A stretch of DNA of 64,000 nt from Gnetum montanum (lineage: Eukaryota > Plantae > Gnetophyta): positions 59,305-123,304 of the forward strand of contig MNCI01000323.1 in assembly GCA_015680685.1 (NCBI GenBank), read 5' to 3'. The notes beneath the pieces were generated by a model. That model saw only the letters and a list, made by a program, of their open reading frames with translations. It made no database searches and was not told where the DNA came from. Position numbers and translations under genes: made by a program. Within the stretch, counting starts at the first letter, position 1. Every line of letters begins with the position of its first letter. This document shows positions 1 through 11,500 of the stretch, piece by piece.

Positions 1-553
1 TTTCTTTAGCAAGCCATCTTACAAGCAATCTTTCACAATGTGTGACCCCAAGTGTGTCTCCAAGTGAGAGCCCAAGTCTTCCCCTTAGTATCAATCTCCC
101 CTCCCAAGTTCCCCCTGAAGCCTTTTTATAGGGTTCAAAAGTAGGTAGGTAAGTTACAAAATATCTTGGGTGGTTATAACCACCATAGAGATAAAAAAGC
201 TGCAGGTGACAAGTGTCCTATTTAGTTGCCAAGTGTCTTCATTCAGTTGCCAAGTGTTCACCATGAAGAGAAACAAGTTGCAGTTGACAAGTGGCCTTTT
301 TAGTTGCCAAGTGGCCTTTGTGGAGATAAAGAGGTTGTAGTTGACAAGTGGCCTTTGTGGTGGTTATAACCACCATTTCCATTGACAAGTGTTCAATTCA
401 CATAGGACTTTGAACAATTTTTGCACAAATTTCCTTTTTAAATCATAAAATATTTTATTGTTATTTAAATCATAGTAGTAGAGATAGTAACCATGGAGTT
501 AATGCATACATGGATGGGTTAATATATAAATATATATGTAAGTGTGTACAACC
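1..553 (-). repeat. LTR-like repeat family X, copy 1 (runs off the window start)
   Basis: Colinear with ~33927-34593 (shared blocks tagcaagccatcttacaagcaatc, gcctttttataggg, ccaccatagagataaaaaag, ttcctttttaaatcataaaatattttatt, gagatagtaaccatgga, tacaaccgaa). Minus-strand TATA-like cctataaaaaggc is preceded by short repeats (ttgacaagtg/ttgccaagtg), as in a U3 region. Confidence 0.7.
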
Positions 554-919
554 GAATGCATAAATGGAGTAGCACTCTCACGTTTTCAATACAAAGCTAG
601 TGTCACGTTATGTAGATAGTATATTATTTAATTATAGTTTAATCATGTAGATAGTATATAGTTTATAGTGTCAACACATAGCATTGTTTGCCATTATGTA
701 GTTTGTGTAATGGTCATCATAGTCCAGGTTCAGCATGAAGATGCCATTGATGAGTCTGGCCATCGTTTGTATGAACGCGCTCATGTTGGACAATCATTTG
801 TATGAGCAAATTTTAGTTCATCATCTTTAAAGTTGCTGCCACTGTTAATGACTTGAAATTCGGATCAACATCAGGGTCGTTTTGCAGATAACAGAGTTGG
901 GAGTACTGGGATTCTATAT

Positions 920-1005
920 CTTGTATTTTTGGCATGGCCACGAGATTGTTCTTGGAGCTATAGTGCACAACCTCAAATCCGACGATGACCTGGAAACCAG
1001 ATCTA
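920..1005 (-). pseudogene. Short fragment resembling the transmembrane 9 superfamily (TM9SF/EMP) luminal domain
   Basis: SGFQVIVGFEVVHYSSKNNLVAMPKIQ resembles the plant TM9SF motif GYxIVGFEVVPCSxKxxxxxMxKL; only ~28 aa. Confidence 0.4.
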
Positions 1006-1096
1006 GATCTATATCTGGTGCTTTGCTGCTGCGAAAATAGTGCCAACAAATGATGTAGACACAGGAACAGGGACCCTTCCTTCTTCTTTTTGTTCC

Positions 1097-1740
1097 TCAA
1101 TTTTCGTTGGGCTTGGCTCGCCTGGGTCTAGAGTGTCTGAACTTCTGAAGCTCATCAGCATGAGCAACACCAAGCACAGAAGATGCATAAATACCAAGAT
1201 TACCCACAATCCTCTTCTCAGAAATCAGCTCCACATATGCAGTCATGCTATTGGCCACCATTGGCGCCTCCCACTGCCGCGTGTGATGGAACAGTCCCAT
1301 CTCGGCCAGAATGGAATCGAACCTGCACGTGCTCACAACCAAAGACCCGCTCTCCACAGCTCGATCATGGAAAAGGGCCTCCATGTGCTCCATGAACTCA
1401 GGCTCGTCGGTGATGTCAAGGTAATCGATGCCAGCGGCAACGCAGGTGGTGACGACAGGTTTATCATAGAGGCAGAACAGGCCCACGTAGGCGAAAACGA
1501 GGCGGGTGCATGCGCACAGTCGCTGCAGTGAATCTGGGTCAAAGACATCGACCTCTAGAATTGAAACCATGACTAGTAGTGAAGGAGGGAAGGCCTAGTG
1601 TATGACGTCGGTGAGCCGGCTACGATTGCGTCTGGCGACACCGATTCGCAGGTCCGGCTGATGCACGACCGTGACTCCAAGCAAGCACCAGATGACGTAT
1701 TTACTGGTGAAGCCCAATGCCCCAAAAACCACGGCATCTA
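1097..1740 (-). pseudogene. SCCPDH: Saccharopine dehydrogenase-like oxidoreductase, N-terminal half, decayed
   Basis: DAVVFGALGFTSKYVI (Rossmann GASGFTG motif, ~1690-1740) then ORF 1097-1570 with YLDITDEPEFME, VVSTCRFDSILAEMG and RIVGNLGIY; frameshifted and truncated after RRAKP. Confidence 0.85.
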
Positions 1741-2351
1741 GCTCTTTCTTCTTCTTCTTCTTCACTTTTTCGTTCTGACAAATATCATTGCTAGCCTCAC
1801 TTGCCTCATCTATTTTTTCGACATCTCCTTCCGATTCTATGGTTCACTGTGGCAAATATCGTTAACTTCATTTTTGTTATTCTCATCCTTTCACTTTGAC
1901 TTTCTCTTCTTCTGATTATCCAGCCCTTTGATTCAAATATGTGAAGCATTTTATTGCAACAACATAACCTAAACTTAGAGTATCTTTGTATACGTTTCCA
2001 CAGCTACCCTCTCCTACCAAATTAGCTGCACTGAGAGGGTCAGTGCCTGCGATGAGTTCTTGGAGGGAGATTTTTTAAAAACTGTTCACCCAACCCAGGA
2101 ATCTGTAACTTGGCCTTTTTGTTTTTCCTTTTATGAAATAGGATACCCATATAAACTAGCAAAATAAAACCAATTAAAAGGTTGTTAACGCAGCACAATT
2201 TTCAGAATTCTACTACTCCTAGCATTTTATAGAATTGGTGATGATGCTGTACAAACTTGACATGGATACTGTTCCATGAAATGGCCAAAATGTGCCAATA
2301 GTTCTCATTTTTTTTGACTCGAGGATAGGTTGTTATTCAGTCATGGAGGTA

Positions 2352-3215
2352 TGATGAATCATAGTTTGTCAAGCCTCGATATCGGATCCTCGATATTGGG
2401 TATGCGATATCATAGCCTGGATAATGATATCGAATACACGATATCATGAATCCTGTGTAGGCCTATAAATATAGCATTCAAGAACATAGGAAGGAGTCAG
2501 TTGGTAAGTCTTAGGATAAATTCTTTTTGTCAATTTATAGTTAGTTTCAATTCTTTCCCCAATGCATGCCCACAATGTGATGATTGTAATTGTATGGAAC
2601 CTTTGTTTGAGTGTGATGTACTTGGACACGCACACGATCAATAATAAAGATTGAGATTACTCCATCATTGCAGCATTCACTTAGCTTTTAATTACTTTAA
2701 TTGTTAATTATTTATTTTTTTCTTTTTAGTTCATATTTCCTTTATTGTCATTTACACTACTTATTGATTAACACGGAATGAGTACCACTTAATCATGAAC
2801 ATGTAAGTGTAACTACTTGGTAACCCAGTAGTGTATCTAGTAGTGATCAAGTAATATATGCTTGGTAATTCTAGAAGTAGTACATGAAGTCCAAGATGCA
2901 TAAAAATGATTAAATATGGATGCTCATCACACTTAGGGTTAGCATAGATTTCATTTTCCATTGTCCATTACCTTAATTAAGATTGTTCCCCATCGTCTCT
3001 AGCAGTAGCACTAGTTTAGGATCCCATCATTCACCTCACTATAGACTAAACCATACGTGACAAAGAAAATACTAGTCTAGGTGGGAAGATAGCGAACTAT
3101 GATCAATGTGTAACTATCTAGATACCACGACAAGTCCGTCTGCGAAGTTTGACTGGATCGTTCGTACATGCTCGTATTCATATGGTTGAGCGTAGGAGTA
3201 CCTTGCCACTCATCA
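2352..3215 (+). mobile_element. 3' LTR of an Athila-like element (divergent subfamily) with its PPT
   Basis: ttattcagtcatggaggta (PPT, ~2333-2351) directly precedes TGATG; GATATC repeats and ctataaata follow; ends ...gtaccttgccactcatCA like the other Athila-like LTRs in the window. Confidence 0.8.
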
Positions 3216-6200
3216 CTTGGCAAGGGAAGTTTCTTTAATTCACTTGGTAACCTTTCATTGAATATCAAATTCTTGTAATTTTATAGCACGTTTTTCACTA
3301 GGATCTTGTAATTTTGCTAATGCAATGATGTCTAAATCTAGAACGATAACAAAAAGCTTTTCATTTAACAAATAGTAGTGAAATTTATTTAAAGTGTTAA
3401 TCACAACATATAATTGTTTTTCTATAGGTGAGGATTTTAATTCTGCATCTTTCAATGGTGTAGACATAAAAGCTATAGGTCTTTCACCTTGATTAATGAT
3501 ATCTTGGATTAAGATAGCAACAATAGGAACATCATTAGAAAAAGCATATAAATAGAAATCATTTTCACACCAAGGAGAAGCTAAAATAAGAGCACCTATC
3601 ATAGGTTCTTTAATAGCAAGGAAATCATGTTTTCTTTCTTCTGTCCAATGCACATTACTATCTTTCTTAAGCATTTCATTTAATGGTCTAACTAATTCAG
3701 CATAAACAGGGATAAATCATCTAACAAAATTAACTTTCCCAAAGAAAGCTCTTAAATTAGTCTTAGATAAAGGATAAGGTACTTCTAAAATATCATTTAC
3801 CCTCTCATGATCAATCATAATTCCTTATTTAGTTATTATATGACCAAGAAACTTACCACTTTGAACACCAAAGATGGATTTCTTTACATTTAAAGTGACA
3901 TTAAATCATCTACATCTTATGAAAATATTTCTAAGGTCTCTAAGGTATGTACCTCAAACTTTACCAAAAATGGTTAAATCATCTAGATAAAGAATAATGC
4001 ATTTCTTTATTAGTACTCTATAAAAGATGGAACCAACATTTATAAGAATGAAGGGCATCTTAGCAAATTGAAAAGTTCCCCATATTGTCGTAAAGGTACT
4101 CTTATATTGGTCCTTCTTACTAAAATCTGATTATATTTTGAATATTTTTCTAAAAAGGAATACATTTGTGCACCATTCACAATTTGCAAAAGTTCTTCCA
4201 TAAAAGGAAGTGGGTAATTATCTTTAATATAAGAAGTATTACGGTTATGAAAATCAATACATAATCGGAATTCACTTGTTCATTTTCTAATAGGCACTAA
4301 ATTTGATATCCAACTTGAATGTCTTACAAGATAAATAATTTTAGATTCAAAAATTTTATTAATTTTAGCTTTCATCAAAGTTTCTATCTTCATATTAATA
4401 GGTCTAAACTTTTTTCTAAATGGTTTTGTTTTGGGTTTAACAAGTATAGTATGTGTTATCATGATGGGATTAAAAGTTTTAAGATCCTCATAAGCCAAAG
4501 CTAAAACATCATTAAATTCATGTAATAATTCAATCAAGTTTTGTTTTTCATCTTCATGTAAGTAGGCTCCTATCTTAATAGGGTGGTATTGTCCATTATT
4601 TTGAATTTGATTTTTTTTTTGTTTTAGCAGAAGCACTAATACCAATCTAGTGCAGGGGTGTTGCACCTCAATAGATCCCAATAGAAACCAATTCATAACT
4701 TCCAAGCAGGTTTAGCTTAAAAAGTAAGAACAAAACAATAAAATATAGAAAATCTTCCATATATTAAGATAATTCTCAAAATACATATAAAATACTAGCA
4801 AATATAAAGAGCCAAGCTCAACTCACAACTCTCCCAAGGATCTTAGAGGCCACACTTATCCCCTCTCAATCCTCAATTACTCACAATGGAGCCCAAGCTC
4901 AAGACAAGACACTTATAAGAGATTATCCTAATCTCTCTCAAGTGATCTTCCTTGCATCTCACTCAACTTCCTTCCACAAGCTCTCCTCCCTCAACTCTCA
5001 CAAGCTTTCTCGCCTGCTCATGGTACATTTGTCAATTATTATTTTTAGATATTTCTTCATTTTTGATATGTAAGTCATCAAATAAAGCTTCTCTAGTTGC
5101 TATTTAAGGAGATATTTTATTTAAAAATATGACATCAATGGTTGTATCTTCTTAAGAAATTTTCAAACATTGATCACTAAATTCACCCTTGGAAAATAAA
5201 AATTCATAAACGTGATTATCATCATCAAAAACTTGGAAAGAAAAGATATTATATGGAATAGAATAAGACTTAACCTTTTGAATAATAATTTCAAAATCAC
5301 AAGCATTGTGTCTAAAAGGGACATCTAAAGTAGTGATCGTTTGACTAATGCATCAAGAACATAATTTTCTTCTCTAGGAACATTTTCAATGAATATATGA
5401 TCAAAATCCTTAAAAGGTTTAAGGATATAATATATATATGTTTTCATGGTAGTATCCTTATCATAAAAAATTCCATTAACTTGATTTACTATTAGTTGAG
5501 TCACTATAAATCTTGAGTTTGGATATGTTATAATATTGAGCTAGCTTGACCCTGTGTATAAGTGCTTCATATTCAACCAGGTTGTTTGTCATAGGTTATG
5601 TGAAATTAATGGCTTTAAGGATAGAAGCTTCACCAAGAAGTATGAGCATTATTCTGGCTCCACATCCTTTCTTAGAAGAGGCACCATACACTCTTAATAT
5701 CCAAGTGTTTAGGTTAGAAAAATCTAAAAGATCAATCCTTTGATCAATGTAATAATGATCATCATCAAAATTTAGCTCACCTTCTAATGTTTCAATGGTT
5801 AGAACCTCATTTATATCTTTGTCCTTTTCTGATGGTAGTGGATCACCAAAAAGAAATGGTTTTCCATCATGTTGATGATAAGGTAAGATATCTTCATAAA
5901 TTTCCTCACATTTTCTAAAATCTTAATAATATTAGGTGGAATATGTATAAGCAAAAGGATTTAGTTCTAACATTTCACTCACATTATCATTTATAGCATA
6001 TTCGCTAAGTCTAAATTTAATTACTCCAATAAAAAGATTGGTATTTTGGTTTTCCAAAGATTGGTTTTGTTGATTAAAGGTTGTTACCACATGTTTATAA
6101 AAAGTTTCTCTTGGTATAACAACATATTCAAATTTTTCTTAAATGAGAATTAAAAATTTTGAAAATTTTGATCTAAAGAAGCCCCCAAACTGGGCTTTGA

Positions 6201-8400
6201 AAGTCCTTGATAGAAGCACATAATAATTGGGCAACATATCAACTATTAAAATATCTATATAACATGTGAAAGTATGGTATTGTTAAAGTTTCACTTTCAC
6301 TCCTTTTAATGACCCTACCACAAGTACGTTAGATCTATCAAGTTGTATCACACTTCTTGCTTGTGGTAGCATTTGTGCTCCTAACATTTTACATACATGT
6401 AATGGCATGACACTAATAGTTGCACCAAAATCCATTGAGCAATTATGAACATTCTTACCTTAAATAATCAAGGTTATTAAGAAAGGAGGTTGATCTTTAC
6501 TGTTTAACATAAAATTTCCTGAGTTTTGTATTGATAAAGCATTAGTACTTTCTGAAAATTGAACTTGTTGTTTGGTCATCAAGGATTTTATTGGTTTTAG
6601 ATGTATGAGCTATCTTTTGGATCACATCTTTTATTTCATTAAAATGTAAAAGATCATACATTGAAATGCTAGCTTTAATTCTTTTCAAATCCTTAACTAA
6701 ATCATAAGCTTTATGTTCATCTTTGACTTCATGTTGAGGTGAAGTTCTTCTAAGTATAGAAGATGAGTTTGATTCTTATTGAATGTTTACTTAAGATGAT
6801 CACATTTGATTAATTGTTATTTTGACTAGGAACGCTTTTGTTGGGAGCAGTGTAAGTGTTATTCCTAGTTTGTTGTTGAGTAGTGTTCATAATGTCACTA
6901 AGTCTACAATAGTAGGTGTTATGTGAGTTGGGATCACTCACCATGGCTTGTTCACATGAGGTGACTTCTTCATTTTCTCTTTCATGAGGTATGTTGAGGA
7001 TCATAATTGCAACTTTTCCATTTTGTTGATTTTGGGCATTATCACCATATAACGATAAAAATTGAGGATAAGTTTTTTTCAAAATGTTACCTAGTATTAT
7101 GAAGATGACAATGATAATCATTGATTGATGTGCTTGCTTTTTTAGATTGTATATGAACTTTGTTATTATTTCACTTTGGTTCAACTACTTCATTTGAAAG
7201 TTTTTGAAGAGAAGTTAATATTTGGGTCATTTGATTCTCTTTTTGATTAGTAGACTCATTAGATATTTCATTTGGGTTTATAATAGATTATATTAAAGCT
7301 TGTAATTTATCATTATTCAAATTAGTATTTGATAGTAAAAATAAAGAAGAGATTAGACATTGAAAATAATTATTTTTAGGTTGAGAAATTTGGAAGGGAG
7401 TAGTGGTTTGAAACATAGTGTTATTCATTGGAAAAGTTTGTGATGGTAAGATACTAGATTACATAGGATTGCTAATACTAATTATCCCAAATAGAGTTTG
7501 AACACTATTCATTAAGGCAGTTTGTTCTAGCTCAATAGCTTTAGTCATTGCTCCTTGTAATTCTATTATGTTACAATTAGATTTGATGGCATAGGCAAAG
7601 AATGGATTGATGGTGGAGAGGTAAAAATTGAGGATACCTTCAGGTTGTGGACACATCTTATTTATCACATAAGCTAGTTGATGGAGAAATCTTAAATTAT
7701 AGTCACGAATATGTTTCCTAGGTAGTTTTCTTAGACCTATAAAGTTTCTTGAGGCTAAGGCAGGATTAGTGAATTTATCAAATTGGAGTAGAAACTTATT
7801 TTTAAAGTTTAGCCATGAGGCATTAGGAAGAATTAAAACCATTGCGTAGCTTTGCCTTTGAAAGTAGTCATAAAGACTCTACACACTATATCATTTTTAG
7901 TAATATTGTAGATGCTTAGAAAAGTGTCAAAGCATTCTACATGTTATCATGTGTCACTGGTAAAAGATGTAGGGTCAAAGAACAAATTAACATTTTGTTA
8001 AGGTTTAGGAACGTTATGATAGTTTGTAAAATTAAAGGGATTGCTAACCAGAGAAGCGGAAGGTGGATTGGCTGCCATCCTAGTTTGAATCCTTGTTATG
8101 ATAGAGTTTGGAAAATGTGGAGCTCATTTTCTTCTTAATGTAAAATGACAGGTAGTTGGTAGATTAGGGGCAAAGGTAACAGATCTTCATTGAGGAGTTC
8201 TATGGGAAGATTATTGGTTCATAAAATAAAAAGATCATGAAATATTAATGTTACTAAAATGAAAAAAGTAAAGAAACTAGAAAAATTTTCATCTACTATT
8301 ATTTTTTTAAGAAAAACTAACATTACAATATATAAAATTTTTTTAAAAATAGTAAATGTAGAATTTTAGAAAAGTAAATTTAAAATAGAATGATGTTATT
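3216..8400 (-). mobile_element. Degenerate Ty3/gypsy Tat-like retrotransposon: gag-PR-aRH-RT-RH, integrase and LTRs missing
   Basis: gag ~7460-7950 (WLNFKNKFLLQF...IRDYNLRF); protease ~6200-6500 (HNCSMDFGATISVMP); archaeal-type RH ~5340-5720 (WILRVYGASSKKGCGA, TNNLVEYEAL); RT ~3700-4600 (PFRKKFRPIN, SSWISNLVPIRK, ILYLDDLTIF); RH 3255-3674 (ERPIAFMSTPLKDAEL). Confidence 0.85.
4620..5027. mobile_element. ~400-bp TG...CA-bounded insertion (solo-LTR-like fragment) interrupting the Tat pol
   Basis: Non-coding segment between aRH and RT, begins TG and ends CA; flanks ttttt/tttgt (imperfect 5-bp TSD). Confidence 0.35.
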
Positions 8401-8531
8401 GAGAAAACCATCTTACCAAGGTATTCTTTCATGGTCCTACAAGACTACAATCACAAATACGCATTCTACATTCTCCATTTAAACTTTAAACTTTATTCTA
8501 CAATCACAAATACACATTCCACATTCTACCA

Positions 8532-11500
8532 AGGTATACGATTTTTATATCTTTTATGGTTTATCACCTATGCTGATGAGGGAAAGGGTGAAAAGACTAA
8601 CTAATTAACTTTAACTAACTAAGTTCTAATGCCTAGCATCAGTATCCGTCCCACTTGTTATTCACACCCTAAACCAATGCAACCTTCTGGGATTACCAAG
8701 CATAACGCACGTGCTCAAAGCGGTCGTACTGAATATACTTAACTATGAGAGTTGAGGGTTGAGAGAGATTAAGTCCTTAAGAAAGCATTTAAATAATTAA
8801 CAATAATTAAAGTCCTATTTAGCTTAGTCCATGCACTGTAAGGTTTATCCATAAGTTCATCTTTATTGTCATACACAATTGTGTGCTCAGGTACAAAATT
8901 GCTCGAATAAAGATCCATTCACTTTGGGACTCCTACTGCGGGCACATGGAAATTATTCTAACTATGGAATGGAGAAATGGCAAGAGTTTGGCTATGGTCT
9001 AGATCTAGATGGTGAAACAAGGGAGAGCCACCTCTTATTTATAGATTTGGTAGCGCGCTACGATATCGCGTACATGATATCGTAGGGAAGGATGTGATAT
9101 GGCATACGTGATATCGTGGCCCATGCGATATCGCATCCCATCATACCCCCATGACTGAATAAAAAATCATTCTTGAGTTCCTTACAAAATATTGGAAAGG
9201 TATGGGATTATTGACTCGAATGGAACTAATGGTGAATGAGATGACATGTGAACAGATCATCATTACAAAACATGACAAAACTGGTGTTCATGACAACAAG
9301 AGTGAACACTTTATACATTTGACATCAGGCCTTATTTGGTAGCTGAGAGAAAGAGAGAGAGAGAAAGAAGTGTGTTGCTGCCAATGCCAAAATTGCACCT
9401 TTCATTGTCCATCCGTAAGCGCACCATCAATCTTGTCCCTTACATAACTGCTTCAGCACTGATCCATTCCAAGTGTTTCCTTCAGATCCAATCCGTTGTT
9501 GTATGATTGCCATCTGCACACACAACATAGTCTTATATTAGCCAGGGTAAATGAATCACAATGCAGTTGATACCTTGCTTCGATGAAAGGTCCATTGGCT
9601 AAGTTGTGGTATGGCTGATTGCATATTCTGGAGATATAATATTGGTGACTACGAAAGGTGTAGAGGTTAGGAGAAAATTGAAAAAATTATGTCAGGACCC
9701 CCATGACTAAGAGAAAACCTCCAGTAGTGATAGAATGGAGAAAGAAAAGGAATAAGAAAGATGGAGAAAAATAGACAACGGTAACGTCAATGAAATGGAT
9801 GTCAAGATGAAAATTAACAAAATAAGGTTGATTGCAAAAATGTTTAAGGGAAAGAATTTAACTGGTGCACCAAATAGGAATGCCAGTGGGTCCTCCCCAA
9901 AGCAGGCTCATGCCCTTAATGCCCTAACATTCCCACATTCAAAGAGTCCATAGGCCCTAGAAATGTCATTTGGAGATAATAGTTAAAGTCTTAACCACAA
10001 GAATTTACCCAAAAGAAAACAATGCATCAACCAAAATATAGACTACTGATACAGCCAGCAATGAGGTAAACAATGGAGAGAAGGATGGAGAGAAGAGAGC
10101 GGAATGGAATCCCAAAAACAAGGTGGTGTATAGCCCCTAGTGTATTTCATGTTTAATGTGACTTAGCAGATCCCATTCAAAGTCCGGCCTCAACAAACCA
10201 CATCCAGTGACTTCATATTAATGCATTCGGCTAAACCATCCACTTGAAGTAACAAGAATGCTTCCACCCAAAGAGTCACCAACATTTAGATGAAACGAAA
10301 GAGGATATAGGAAGCAAGGAAGGGCTTTAGTTAGAGGGAACATTTTTATTTTAGTTCCATAACTAGTGCTTGTAGCCCGAATGATTATTTTGTCTCAGGG
10401 GTATGCTTTGAATTCTCACTATTTTTTTTATGTTTATACGTGAGAACCACACCATGCAAAGACTTTTTTATTTTTATTTGCTCAACTTCCCAATAAGGTG
10501 GCAACGTCGGAATTGTAAAAAAACTCAAGAAGAAAAAATCCAAGCACCCAAGAGAATGGCTAGCACAAAATCATCAAATCCCCTTGAAGTCACACCCTTT
10601 TCAATCCTTGAGTCCTTCTTTAGTTTGAGAAATGCCCAGTCACCGATTCGTTGATAGTTCTTATTATTTTGAAGAGAGAGACTGTATAGTTCCAAGCCAA
10701 GAGAGACCATAGAAATTACGGATACACGGATGATGTGGACTCATTGCTTGTTATATCAAAAGAACCATACCTTAGTATCAACATCATAACTTAAAGGTAA
10801 AAACCAAACATTGGCAACCAAGATAATACAGTTCATACCATCTTTGGAGCACTTATTGCGTGACAAACTTAACAAAATGGATAAACACACACACTCACAC
10901 AAATAAAAGAAAAGGTATGAACAATGTTGCAAAACAAAAATAAGAAAAGTTAAAGAAATTTGTAAAACAAAAATGTGCAAAACAGAAACTTAAAATAATT
11001 GAGGGCTCCAAATGATCAACATAGGTGGCCATCTCCCCCATGACTGAATTGAAAGGGAGAGATCTCAAATAATGAGCACTTATTTGAATTTTTTAGAAGT
11101 GTCCAACTTCTCCCAATTGATGTTTTCAGGTTAAGGGTTGGAAGTTTGCGACGCTCATACTCCAATGTATCTATGCTTTCATTGTGGTTGCAAGTTGTTC
11201 CCCTAGTTGGTTCCATGCATATTGATGGGTTTCTCTCTTGATTAGTTGTCAACCACTATGTGTTCTCTTGTTGTGTGGTTGCTACATATAGCCACCTTTG
11301 TATCTGAGTTTCCTGGGCACACCAGTTGCATGCAGGAGATGCTGAGAATTCCTCCATGTCATCACCCTCTGTATCACTGTATGTGATGCATGGAACTTTC
11401 TTCCTCTCGATATTTCCTTAAATTTTTTCCTTAGATATTTTCAAGGAAATATCATGGATTTCTAGGCATGCATTTATTATACTCAACCATGCCCTTCCTA

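Noticed and set aside
1040-1531. 163-aa plus-strand ORF
   Set aside because: Antisense shadow of the GC-rich SCCPDH fragment.
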